Of a stretch of DNA of 64,000 bases, positions 23,001-34,029 are shown piece by piece. The stretch lies in assembly GCA_973895155.1 (NCBI GenBank), contig OZ316891.1, positions 13,485,037 to 13,549,036 of the forward strand. Reading direction: 5' to 3'. This DNA is from Marsupella aquatica (Eukaryota > Plantae > Marchantiophyta). The notes beneath the pieces are model-generated. The model made no database searches, had not been told where the DNA came from, and saw only the letters and a list, made by a program, of their open reading frames with translations. A program made the translations under genes and the position numbers. Positions within the stretch are counted from its first letter, which is position 1. The number at the start of each line of letters is the position of its first letter.

Positions 23001-24580
23001 CACCCAAGTGGCCACCATCTTCAACGTGAGTTCTCCCCTAATGTTCCGAGGTGTGAATGAGAATTTCTGATTCTCCAGAAACAGCAGCCTAGCCAACTCC
23101 ACATGGGGCACTACACGTTTGAGACATTCAAAGTAGATTCCCTCCGTTCGTAACTCCATCCCGGCCTCAATATCCCAGCTCTTCCCCGGAGGGATGGTAA
23201 TCTCCACCTTCATGAATTCTGTAACCCCGGTGGCTTGGAAAATATTCCGACAATCCTCCATCACCTTGGCGGAGGTCTTGGGATAAATTCGACGAAAAAT
23301 CCTCCTACCCACCGGTGTGGAACCTGCTGCCAATCTCGTGCTCATCGTAGCTTCTCTCTCTTCTCTCTCCCTTGCAATCAAAGTCTCCATGTAGTCACGG
23401 TAAGCAGCCTTGTATCTCCGAATGCGTGCCACACTAAACTCCGGTTGATCTAGCATTCATGCATCCCGAAATCAAATCCTCAATCACCAAATCCTGTCAC
23501 CCGTAGCAATGTCAATTCCCTGGCCCGAAACAGCCCCCGTAGCCCGATTAATTTATTTCTCTCAATCCCCTCCGTCGTCACTCCATGTTGCTGTCGTTAA
23601 TGCCCGGACAGTCCCCGCAATCCCCCATGAGTGAACCTTGAGAAGACTTGGAGAGAGAGCTCAAATAATTGTAACATAAGGAGAAAGCTTTCGGCAATAA
23701 GAGAGAGAAACTCGAGTTTGCTTTTGGCAAGAGAAGGGTCGTGTGAAAAGGAGAAAAGAGGGGAGAGAAAAAAAAAACAACGAAACCCTTCCCGGGAGCA
23801 GCTTTTCGCCTTGCGCCCCGGAGCCCTTCTTTGTCCCAACTCGCGGGAGTCCCCCTTCCTCGCAACTCGCGTCTGTGCGGGCTCGCGGAGCCCCTTAAGG
23901 GGGTTTTAATTTCCCCCTCCTCGCAGCTCGCGTCCTCGCACCTTGCACCTAGCAGCTCCCTGGCGGCTCGCGGCCCTATGCAGGGCTCGCTCGCCCCTCG
24001 CCACGCGGCTGCCCTAATATCCCCCAGTCCTGCTGCCGGCCGGCTCCCTGCCCCCTGGCTCACTCACGGAGCTCGCGACAGCTTCCACCGGCTGCCATTT
24101 AGTCCCCCTCATGGGGGTACAAGGTGCCTCCCCCGCTCCAGAGTGCTGCGCCCCTTTTTGGGGGATTTAATTTCCCCCCCGGCAGCCCCCCTTCACTCGC
24201 GGACACCCCCGCTCGCGCGGCAGCTTGCGGCAGCTCCCGCCCTCGTGGAGCTCGCGGCCCTCCTTCCCGGTCACTCGCGGAAGGATTTAATGGGGGTTTA
24301 ATTAAACCCCCCCATACTCCCCCAGTCCTGCCTGAGTGTTGCCTTAGAAGAGGTGTTACCAAAAAATTAAAAATGCTTATTTCCCGGACTTCCTTACCTT
24401 CCCGGAAAGTCACGATTTTATACCCCCCCAAGGTTTTGCCCCATAATTACCCCGGGTCTAGACAAAACTGTTGGGGTCTCCGACTATCCCGAGATGCTTT
24501 AAAAAAACTTTACAAACTTAAAGAACATTAAAAAAAACTCGCGTCTATGGGCTTATTTATTTACAGGTGTCTTGTTGGTG
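20054..24580. mobile_element. Unclassified 4.5-kb element with 15-bp terminal inverted repeats and a 6-bp flanking direct repeat
   Basis: CACCAACAAGACACC at 20054-20068 and its exact reverse complement GGTGTCTTGTTGGTG at 24566-24580. ACACTA directly abuts both ends (20048-20053 and 24581-24586). The interior is GC-richer than the flanks and contains an intact long ORF. Confidence 0.68.
21603..23456 (-). CDS. 617-aa intronless hypothetical protein (globular N-terminal half, acidic linker, long coiled coil, basic/acidic tail); probably TE-encoded
   Basis: Uninterrupted ATG-started ORF inside the 20054-24580 element. Heptad-like E/K/L-rich segment from about aa 320 to 520. KKKK NLS-like motif and EEEE tail. 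No DDE, RT, HUH or tyrosine-recombinase motif recognised by eye. Confidence 0.65.
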   Translation of the reverse strand: MLDQPEFSVARIRRYKAAYRDYMETLIAREREEREATMSTRLAAGSTPVGRRIFRRIYPKTSAKVMEDCRNIFQATGVTEFMKVEITIPPGKSWDIEAGMELRTEGIYFECLKRVVPHVELARLLFLENQKFSFTPRNIRGELTLKMVATWVINPTSTTAIPLSAVKDVEYKGFLAKVHQRVLGNMQSGVVNEEHFVVAMDIKNYPAHVYGWWYYGLKKLLAADPGSVKPGGAVHLMGSFVLARAEGLIGSPGQEDTGSSLTTEIRSITTTGLGKLTEESSSVGGDDDRGEENQDEDYTLEWLESLVGDPKKPLVYNIPDVYLAELRDFKEGVHEGLKLVHALRDSLKHATARVETLEQSTLSLKEVIKAKEGTIHEKVKLLQAAHVEISNLKGALSTKAKEAEEVGALRQALAKEKQNSGEVVEWRNQVGALRSQVAAFETRAKRSEALSLGKRKSPGTPSSTLSPDLISQAIEMVVKEVSGKYGPLLDGAKKSQEKSKGLEKKLREVRKSLREAQVSTGMPPRSVTPGTPMATGQVLPLELRSGEEATLWKDTIGEGYVKAWQALATLRKQGSGSTKSTPVKKKKSEVALTPVSDEEEAHSWGTSRGTESEEEEE

Positions 24581-26099
24581 ACACTAATGGTGACTTACCG
24601 TGGCGGGACCCCGTCACAGGTACACAATGGAGGTACCCACGTGCACTCTTGAGCTCACAGTTTCCGCTCTATGGCAGGCAAGGATCTTATTGTAGACAAA
24701 GATCTGAACATGGCATTAGAGCCCTAACTGGAGATTCGTGGAGGAATTGAAAAAGGGAGAGCCTTCCCAAAAAATGTTAGCCTGCTACACAAAGGACAAA
24801 CCGTCCATCCACTAAGGAAAGCATAAATATCAATAAGACATTTACACTTCAACTGACAATGTACATGTAATAAAAGACACAAAACTTGGGAATAGAGCAG
24901 GCTACGTAAGATAGCAAGCATAGAGTAAGCACTTTGCTTCCCCTCATTACCAGGCCATGAGGCTTATGTTTCTAGAAAATCACTTGGTTACAAGGAGTGC
25001 TCTTCAATCGGCAATTTAGTGTTCCATTATAACCCAATTTTCTCTTGAGATTGTCAACTGACATGAGAACACTGAGCAAACATTCCCCATTCGTCTCAAG
25101 TGATTAACTTGCTGGATCAAGGCTTCCATCCAAATATTGTATAAACTTTTCCTGTCATTAATGGTAATAACAACTACATAAGTTCACGCCCATTAAAAAT
25201 ATATTCTTCACAATTTCATACACCCATTTTAGTTGATTTCATATTCCTAATTCTACATCTATTTCATTTTAAATACATAGGCTTTTAACATGTAATGATT
25301 GAGTCCCTCTATTAAATATAGGCATGTGTCCCAAAAAGTTTTGGTGTACTTAACTTGTACCCCTTAGGTATCCACTCATAATTATTACCACCTACATACC
25401 CTAAGGTCCTATTTTCTTTGGTGGACACTTAGTTAGTTCTAGCTGATCAAAGGCTAGTATTAAACCTAACATAAATCCAATGGTCAGGCTTTGTTCCCAC
25501 CAAATCTGAGTTTGTAAGGGACGATTGACTATTTTTGGTGGGCTACTTTATTATAGTTGTAGATGCCCACCCTGGGGCACGTGCCTTGGGCAGTTAGCTT
25601 AAAATGAACTCATGGCATTCAGTGTAATTTTTAAGGTTTTGTTTTTGGCAGGGTGGGGTGAAGGTCGCATTATGTGAATTAATCCGTGGACCCTATGTTA
25701 TTTTAGAGGCAGTTATCTAGAAACTGAAGCCTAGATGTATCTCCAAATCTAAAGGAAAAAAAATTCAAAAATGGACAAGTCAATGTTTGACACTTGAAAT
25801 AGTTGCCAAACTTACTAAAGTAACCATAACTAACATCAATTGCAAAACCAGTTGCAATGTGAACTGCTCTTAATGTGTGGGTAGCTTAACTGCCCACTTC
25901 AGCAAAACGGTGCTCGACAGCAAAACGGTGCTCGATAGTTTCCTCCACAGTACCGAAGGGATGCTGGATGCACTCAAGTTGCATTGAAAGTAATCACTTT
26001 CAATTCCTACACGTAGATAGACGAAGAGAGAGAAGTTATTAGTGTCATCAAATCACTAACTTTGCAAAATCATTTGAGGCAAAAAAATTTCATGGAAAC

Positions 26100-26350
26100 A
26101 AATCTCCAATTGTGAAATTTGGAATTGATCGGAAGCTAGAGAAATTTAGAAACTCATGACCACTTTAGTACTTGATAAAATCTCCCAATGTTACACTCAT
26201 TGGAAAGGAAAGCTTAAGAACATTGGAAACTTATGATCTCCTCAGAACTCAACTAAATCTATCAATGTTAAGTTCATTAAAAAGCTAAAGAAATTCTAAA
26301 ATTCATAATCTCCTTAGTACTCGATAAAATCTGTCAATTTTAGGTTCATT
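26100..26350. repeat. Degenerate tandem repeat, about 3 copies of a 75-85 bp unit
   Basis: Recurrent AAGCT..AGAA.TT..AAA.T.AT.A.C.C.TTAGTACT.GATAAAATCT...AATGTTA..TCATT blocks. Confidence 0.55.
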
Positions 26351-27009
26351 CTCATGGAAGGGGTCAACATTTTAGGGGTTGTACAATAAAGATTTCTATT
26401 CACGTTAGAGATTATGAAATCACGGGTAAATTCTATTTTTCAAATTACTTACTCAATCTTTAATGAATGATGACAATGTTGAGCTCATCAGGACCGTCTC
26501 TTCAAGGTCTTTCTAACGCCATATTATACGTGATTTTTCATTGTGATTTGACTCAGCAATGTCAAACCAAAAATTGCTACTGGGAAATTCTTTTATGTTT
26601 TGAATAAAATCAAAATGTAAATAAAACCGTTATTGGGAGCAATTTTACCTCAATGTTTTTGTCTTTTGATTTGCATGTCAGTTTTTTTTACATTCTTTTC
26701 TACGGCATGGCGTCCCAGTTTTTACAGCAAACTTGCCACAAACACGAATGCAGAAGTTAATTTTATCCAAAAACAAGTCTCTTCCTGTTTGCAGCGTGCC
26801 ATGATGATGTGGAGCCAGGAATTTTTCAAAGGACCCCTAATGGGGGTCAGTAACAAGAAAACGCTAAAAATGTTTTATTTTATTTTATATTTTTTAGTAG
26901 ATGCAAGAATATTATTTCTCAAAATTTCCAACGTACATCCCCCTAGATTTCACTATAACTGCCAATTGCAGGCTAATAGCATTTGTGGGTACCATCTTCC
27001 CTTGGACTA

Positions 27010-27187
27010 GAGAGATATGCTTACTAGACCCTCTTCTGGAAAAAGTTTGCTTAATCAACCCCCTCGATACTTTTCCCCAATCTGGACTGTTGATGGACCT
27101 TTCAACGTCAGATATGGACCGTTGATAGACCTTGGGGGTTGATCAAGTAACAAGTTTCATTTTGGGAGTCTATCAAGCAAATACCTC
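27010..27187. mobile_element. MITE-like foldback element (Mutator-like)
   Basis: Long imperfect inverted arms (GAGATATGCTTACTAGACCC...TTGCTTAATCAACCCCC versus GGGGGTTGATCAAGTAA...GGGAGTCTATCAAGCAAATACCTC). Flanks CTTGGACTA / CTTGGACAT resemble a decayed 9-bp TSD. Confidence 0.55.
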
Positions 27188-27784
27188 CTTGGACATAGCA
27201 TCATGGCAATGTGTTTGAAAAATACAAATTTTGGGGTCTTGTGACAAAAATATGTTTGAAGCAAACACAAGGAATTTTAACACAACACCCAGGCCTTGGG
27301 TTTGAGATTTGACACTAAACTGTTCTACATGGAGCACAAAGGGAACAACATTTATGAATAATATGACAATGCAAATATTCAAAAACAAAGAAAGTATTAA
27401 AACACCCATTTTTGAACATACAGATGTACAATATTGGAATAGAGAGTCCCATGGCCCACTATTGGAAGGCTATGGCCCTTGTGTTTGGGGGAAACTTTCT
27501 AATCAAAGACAGAAAACCTGGCGAAAAGTTTTCTGGTGAAGTGTAATTTGGCAAAGTTTAGCCAATAAAAAAACGTTGACTCGGAAATCGCACCGACAAT
27601 TATTCCCTCTCGCTCGGGACACAATTGTCACCTCCCTTACAGTACAATCATGTCCATGTAAACCGTCGTATGCGGGGAGCTTAAACCCCTTGAGGCCACG
27701 TGAAGAAAGCTTGTGTTTGAAGGAACGCACGAAGCTGAAAACATTTTCTAAGAACAACCTCGACATATCGCTCACGAGCGACGG

Positions 27785-28077
27785 ACAGAGTCCGAGAGCG
27801 CGTCCACAGCATCAGCCGTCGATTCCCTACCGTCGGAGCGAGTAAGCGTTTATCATTATTCTCGTCTCCATGCCTCAGGAATGCGAAAGGTATGACTCTG
27901 TTAGGGCGCACTGACGAATCTGGAAAAATTGTTGATGAAACCTCCAGAAACGGATAGATTCCGAGAGCGAGTCCACCGCATAAGCTATCGACTCCCTACC
28001 GTAGGAGCGAGTGAGCATTCATGACTATGCTCGTCTCCATGCCAATTTTGGAGACGCCTGACAGGAATGCGAAAGGA
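27785..28077. repeat. Imperfect direct duplication of about 105-125 bp
   Basis: CCGAGAGCG.GTCCAC.GCAT.AGC..TCGA.TCCCTACCGT.GGAGCGAGT...CTCGTCTCCATGCC...CAGGAATGCGAAAGG occurs at about 27785-27890 and 27953-28077. Confidence 0.75.
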
Positions 28078-29846
28078 GTATCTACGCTAGGACGTATGCT
28101 CTGCTAACTCTTGAGAGATGATCGAATAGCAGGAAATCAGGCATGCGAAATTTGGTACATCGTCACAATGACTATTGCATCCAAGCTAACTGTGTCTCCC
28201 CTTCTTCTCAACAGCGCGGGTCAATTCCAATCGCGGTTAGTGAGCTCACCTGCTGCAGCTTGACTCCCCGCCAGGCAAGGGACAGGGGCACGCCAAACCA
28301 TCCGGTACAGTCATTTCCGTCGCGTTTCTTAGTGACCTACGCAACACCATGCGTTACTCTGCCGCCAAGGCGGATTGCTCATTTCGGAATCGACAGCTGA
28401 TGAAATCTTACTACAGTGGCGCACCAGTCGGGCTAATTCATTTGCTTAGGGAAGAGGTTAACTCGTATACAGTTCAAGATCAATTCAGAAAACTAAATTA
28501 TCGCGAATGATTTGTACAAAACTTCTGTCGTCGTGCAAACTGACGGAACACGAGATCCCGGAGCTCATAGTCAGGCTGTTGTAAAGGCTCCACCGACTCT
28601 CCGCACAATCAATAGCGCACTTGACGCGCTGGCAACGCCGGTAAGTTGCTTTGCGACTTGGCCGCAATGGCGGGAATGAAGGAGACCTTTCTCAAGTACG
28701 GGCTGGAGCTTGACCAAAACTGCGGTAGTGAGTCTCTTGGAAGAATGTCAACACGAAACTCTCCGACCGTTTTCACCGTCCATACTTCATTTGGTCCACT
28801 GTACAGGCAGCTAATGGTGAACAAGCATTGTGCGGTAGACAATTTATTCGAAGAAGAATTGGCTTGAGTGTTTTGTCACAACGAAGAACGTGATGGCAAC
28901 TAATGCTGCATATTTGTCGAGAAGGCCAGTCAGTTGCACACGTCTTGAGTTGATCAAGGTTCTGTATAGTTGAAATATCATTGAGAAGACGTGCGTAAAT
29001 CTCTAAAAAATCTTCCACAAACGGTCATCCTCCGCGTTGAAAGTCCCACGGCCTACAGCAGCAGTTCGCCCAACCTTTCATAAGTTTCTGAAGCCACCGC
29101 GGTGTTTGGCCCTCGCTCAGGGTGATCCAGCCGAATCATGGTGGCGTCGAAAATTTCAAGACGTGGCAAAAATTAAAATTCGGGAAACTATTTGCGCATG
29201 CGTGCTCTCATGCACACGTAGCCTGGAGACTGAATGAACGTCCGGATTACAGGAATTTTCCAGTTTACTCTCTCGCATCTTGACTAGAAACAATCCACAC
29301 CGCACTCTACTGCAGATCGCTTGTTCGTTCGCTAATCAACACCGGTTAGATTCGCTGTCCGCAGGTTCAGTCGAAGTTGACAGGAGATCGCAGAGAGGGA
29401 GACTTCAAAATTTACAGCAATTTTCCCGGATGAAAGGAATTTGCTAGCTGTGGATATATAATTATTGCTGTGTACAATATTAACAAGAATCAAGCGATGT
29501 GCTGCGCTGCTACTGTTGGAACACTTACCAGCACGATCAGCTCACAACACGGCGGAGCACCAGCAGAACAACGAGGAGGGAAAGGCATGGAGAGGTGGAA
29601 TGACCCGGTGCTCTCATGGCAGAACCAATCTGGAGAACAGACATGGGAACTGAACCATCACAAGAGAGGAGGATGCTCTGGAGTAGAAGCAGCAGCGGCA
29701 GCAGCAAGGGCGGCAGCAGGAGCGGCTCAGATTTGTACAGAAGTGAGAACCTACCATAGACGAAGAGGAGCAGAAGAAGAAGCAGAACCAGGAGCGAGCA
29801 AGCCCGCGGGGGCACTGATCGATCAGCGCGGTCTCGCGCCTATACT

Positions 29847-32800
29847 ATGGCCCGAGCGGGTTCACTGCATGTGACAGTGATCGCAGCAACTCTGCTCCGT
29901 GAAGCTGCTGGTAGATCTGGAAGTGGTATCTCTCTAGCTCTATGCAAAACAACTCCACTAGGTGTATTTGAAAGCATTCTATCGAATTGGTCAGAATCGA
30001 TCAATCACGCGTGCTGGGATGACCATCAGTCGTGGCATCAACCGATAGCACGCTGATAGAGTAAACTGTAGGCTTGTTCGAGGGTATGCATTGATGGATG
30101 ATTGGATCGGAATTTGAAACTCAGGCTACAATTAATTAGATCGGGATAAGTTCAAGTTATCGGTTCCAATAAGAGTACTAGCATCCATGGCTAGCTAGAA
30201 TGAATCATCAGATATATACAGGCTGACAGTCTGTATCCTGCAGAAGTTGCGGTCACGTACGCGAGCGTTATGTGCGGCAGTCAGAACTTTACCACGCGTA
30301 GCATTAAAGGTGGAACATCTTATTTTCATCCACTCGTCGTTCGTCCTTCACAATTTTGCGTATAATTATCTCTTCAAAGTCTGGAATATGATGTCTTGCT
30401 GTCTTCAGATTTATTCATCTCGACGCTCTAAAACGCTTCCTGTTGATGCTTGCGTGGGTGCAGATCATAGTGCAAAACCAGCCTGGAATGAAACTTACAT
30501 CTTCAAATTTGACGAAAGAAATGAGCTGGAGGCCCAGCACGTTCTTATCGAGATTTTCGCCGAGAAGCCTAAATTAGATGAACTTCTGGGCTTAGCAAAG
30601 TAAGAAATTCTTTCCTATTCTCTTCAAATCTGAGTTGTGTTTAGGTGGCGGCGTATATAAATCTGCCGGTTGTCGATCTTGGTCTCTAACATAATACCTC
30701 GTTACTATCTGAGGTTGATCATTTACCATATTTCCAAATTGCCGGTAATTACAGTAGTAAGACCAGGCGTAGGAGCAACAAGGCCATTCATTATACATCG
30801 CAGTCAAAACTCAGATATGGTACATGCCAGGAAAGAACATTTTGACCGGCGCCATACATCTTGAACGAAGCATTATAAGCTAGACAGTCGATCATTGTAC
30901 GCAGTGCAACCTTTCAATGACTCCTTTTAGGGAGATGCCAAATCACGTAGACGAGAGGGCCTACGAAGGACTAGGCAAGAGAAATACATATGAAGCAAGG
31001 AATGTCACTAACACGCAGGTTTGTAGCCACGAGGCTTACAGACCAAACAGCATTCACAGCAGGAAGAGCGCAGGCAGATATGCTAATTGAGATCATTGAC
31101 AGGTTACCAGCAGTTTAGAAAAGCCTGAATTGATCGAAACCTGGTTCTGCCTTCTACTCTTGGTTCGGAATTCGGCAGAGTATCAAGAGAACCAAAGATC
31201 TTCTATCAAACAAACGCAGTTGGAGGGAATTTTTGTTCGATCAGACGTCGCTGGTTCAGTGCTGTTCCACATCAAAAGGGTAAGCTCTCAAAAGGGATCG
31301 GACAAGACTACTTAAGAGTTAATGTGATTAGCTGACTCCTCCCTGGTCTTTTGTTGGAAATTTCTAGGATACCCTTACAGATGGTCGTTACCGCTGGGGA
31401 TGAAATCTCAACACACTCTCTGAATAGACCTGATCGTGAATATACCGGCCATGAACAATATAGTGGCCATGTCAAAGTCGCTCTGAGATGGGATTCTGCT
31501 GTAAGTCGGACCGACTCTCCTCGTTGGCTCTTAAATCAATGCTTTGTGTGCCTACAATTTAGGATGAATACAGCAAGGATCTCCTCATCGTCGATATGTA
31601 CTTCTTTTCTTTCTGCTGCCAGTATTGGATTATCATGGGCATCCTTATTTCCTTGAAAACTCTTCACCAGTGGTGTCAGAGACTTGCATCAACTGAATTT
31701 AAATACGCACTCGGGAGTACCTCACTGAGTTACTTGATTATATCTATTCGTTGTATTCAACTGGGAGATTGTAGCTGCACTAACCATACCTATCCTTTTG
31801 TTGCAGCGAGCAATTGCGCCAGCTTACCCTAAACCATATATTCCAGCTGCAAGGTATAACCCAAGCGCATCGGTAGCAACAGCCCGGACTCTATCAGGAC
31901 AAAAAAGTTGTCCCGAGGAACAATTAAGAGCACGCAAATTGAGCCAACAATTACACAATGGTGAAGACAATGTACAAGGGCAAGATCGAAGAGCCCACCA
32001 CCGTTCATCCTCGTGTCCTCCCCCTCTTCACGGGTTTCATCCCTCTCCTTCTCAATCTCCATGGAAGCCAACTCTAAAAATGGACGACAGCTCCACATCA
32101 GAGGACCAATTTTCATTTGCAACTCCTCCTACAGCACATCCACCAGCAAGACCTCGCCACTCTTCTTTTGAGGCTCCTTCCAATGGCTTTTCAACCCAAG
32201 AGCATCACGGTAAGATTGAGTCGTTCAATGATTTCTTTTTTTACCTTCGATTTTGATTTTGGTTGAAGTGTGCCACTTACAATGTAGCTCGCAGGACTGA
32301 AATAATTTTTTAAATGGTACCAGTGAATTGGCAGCCCTAAGTTTGAGATTTTATAGTTGCTTAAATCTGTTTTGTCATTTTCGGCAAGTGCCTCTACTAT
32401 CCCAGCCACTGTTACACCTCAGTGTTTCATATCTGCATACTATTGGGACTGCCTGTGCAGGACGGTCCAGCCCTAATGTACCATATTCTGGCCCTCATGT
32501 ACCGTATGTAGGTCATCAAGGTGAGCAGCATAGTTTTGCCTTCAGCTTTCCATCTAGCCTTGGTATGCTCTTGCCAGATTGGATGCATATTAACAAAGAG
32601 AAGTTATTTGCCTGATTGTCTGTCCAAGAAAGTTGACCCTGGCAACAAGCATTTCTCATCAACAAGACGAGATCTTATCATAGGATCTTGATGTGGTGCT
32701 TGGGTTGAGCGAAAGGACTGAATGACCTTCTTCGTTCTGGTATTCTCAGCATCTGGGGACAATCCTCGCAACCACGTCGTCCATTTCAACAGACTTGTGT

Positions 32801-34029
32801 TTGCTAATGGAGACTAGATTTCTACTTATGTTTCCTCGTGTTCTATGTCTCCATGTGGCTGCCGGCCAGTAAGAAAAGCATCAAATGAATCTTGTCCAAT
32901 TATCAGTACTGGAGAATGATACTGTCATCGAAGAAATTGGATCTCTCAGTTTTAGCCATCTGTGCGTGAACTGGCATGGATGTCTCTCATTGCATGTTCA
33001 TCAGAAGAGATATTGCTCGCACTGAATACTCTGTTTCTTCCTTGGAAGTATACTCTGTTTCTTGAAGACTCCTGATAGAGAAAAACTATATTTACCTTTA
33101 AAGCACCCACGCTTAATGGTTTTTGTAATGGGAAGAACACCCCATAATTCTTGGGTCTGGCATTGTTATCGAGTAAAGAATTGCGTGACCCGGGGCTTGA
33201 ACCAATTAGTTCAGGAAGCTATGATCCAAGGGGTCTTGTTCCTTATGATAGAACAAAGTATGTGTGTAAGAAATGGATCACGCATTTATTGTCGTTTATA
33301 TTACCAGCTTAATTGAACCTTTTCTGGTGTATTCTATCTCCAGGAAATCAAGCAGACGAAGGGGTGTCCTTCAATGGACATGCAGCTCGAGTGCATTCAA
33401 AAGAATCTGGTCAGGGAAATTCACATATAAAGCCACAGGATGATGTAGCTAAGGGTAAGCTCTCTAAATCCAAACAGGCTGAGATGATGAAATTAGCGGA
33501 GCTGTCCAAATTGACTGAAGTAGCGAAGATTCAAGCAACTGGTTTGGCAAAAGCTGGGCAGCAGCCCCCTCCACGGCCAAAGCCAAGTATTGTCCACGCC
33601 CACCAGCAGAGTCAGGTCTCTCCGATGCCAAAGACTAGTAGTCATTCCCTGCTCATACAACCCAATAACGTCCCCGGAAAACAAAGAAATGACGTTGCCG
33701 GGGTTCAGCAGCAGGCTCCAGATCCCCACGGAGTGAAGAAAAATTCTGTGCAGCCTCTGAGTAGTGGTCCGCAATGGTCCAGTGTACAGTCAAAGCAGCT
33801 CACTGTTGTCCCAACAATGCTTGATATAGTTGAGCACCAGCCGCAGAAGCTACAGAAAGATCATGGGAAGCCTGCGCAAATATTCGTTACACCCCAGCGC
33901 CGAGCAGATATAATCTATGAGAAAGCGATCCAGAAAGTAGAGAAGCCGGCGCAGAAAAAGAAGAAAGTCAGCCCCTTTCGACAGACCTTGAAGATTCTGA
34001 GGAAAACTTCGAAGATATTCGGTTTGTAA
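29847..34029 (+). CDS. C2-domain protein with long Pro/Ser/Gln/Lys-rich disordered C-terminus; 7 exons
   Basis: Exons 29847-29925 (alternative donor at 29910), 30244-30309, 30464-30599, 31368-31500, 31807-32209, 32461-32520 and 33344-34029, with compatible phases. C2 hallmarks: GSLHVTVIAA, YASVMCGSQNFTTRS, PAWNETYIF, VLIEIF, DELLGLAKIPL, GHVKVALRW. Confidence 0.8.

Noticed and set aside
23578-24531. Several overlapping 80-160 aa ORFs on both strands
   Set aside because: Expected by-product of very high GC content. Low-complexity translations with no motifs.
20135-24565. Alternative reading of the 4.5-kb element as an LTR retrotransposon (purine tracts followed by TGT; TTACA near the right end)
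   Set aside because: No pair of long direct repeats, no TGG-type PBS and no 5-bp TSD found at those positions. The TIR plus 6-bp repeat explains the ends better.
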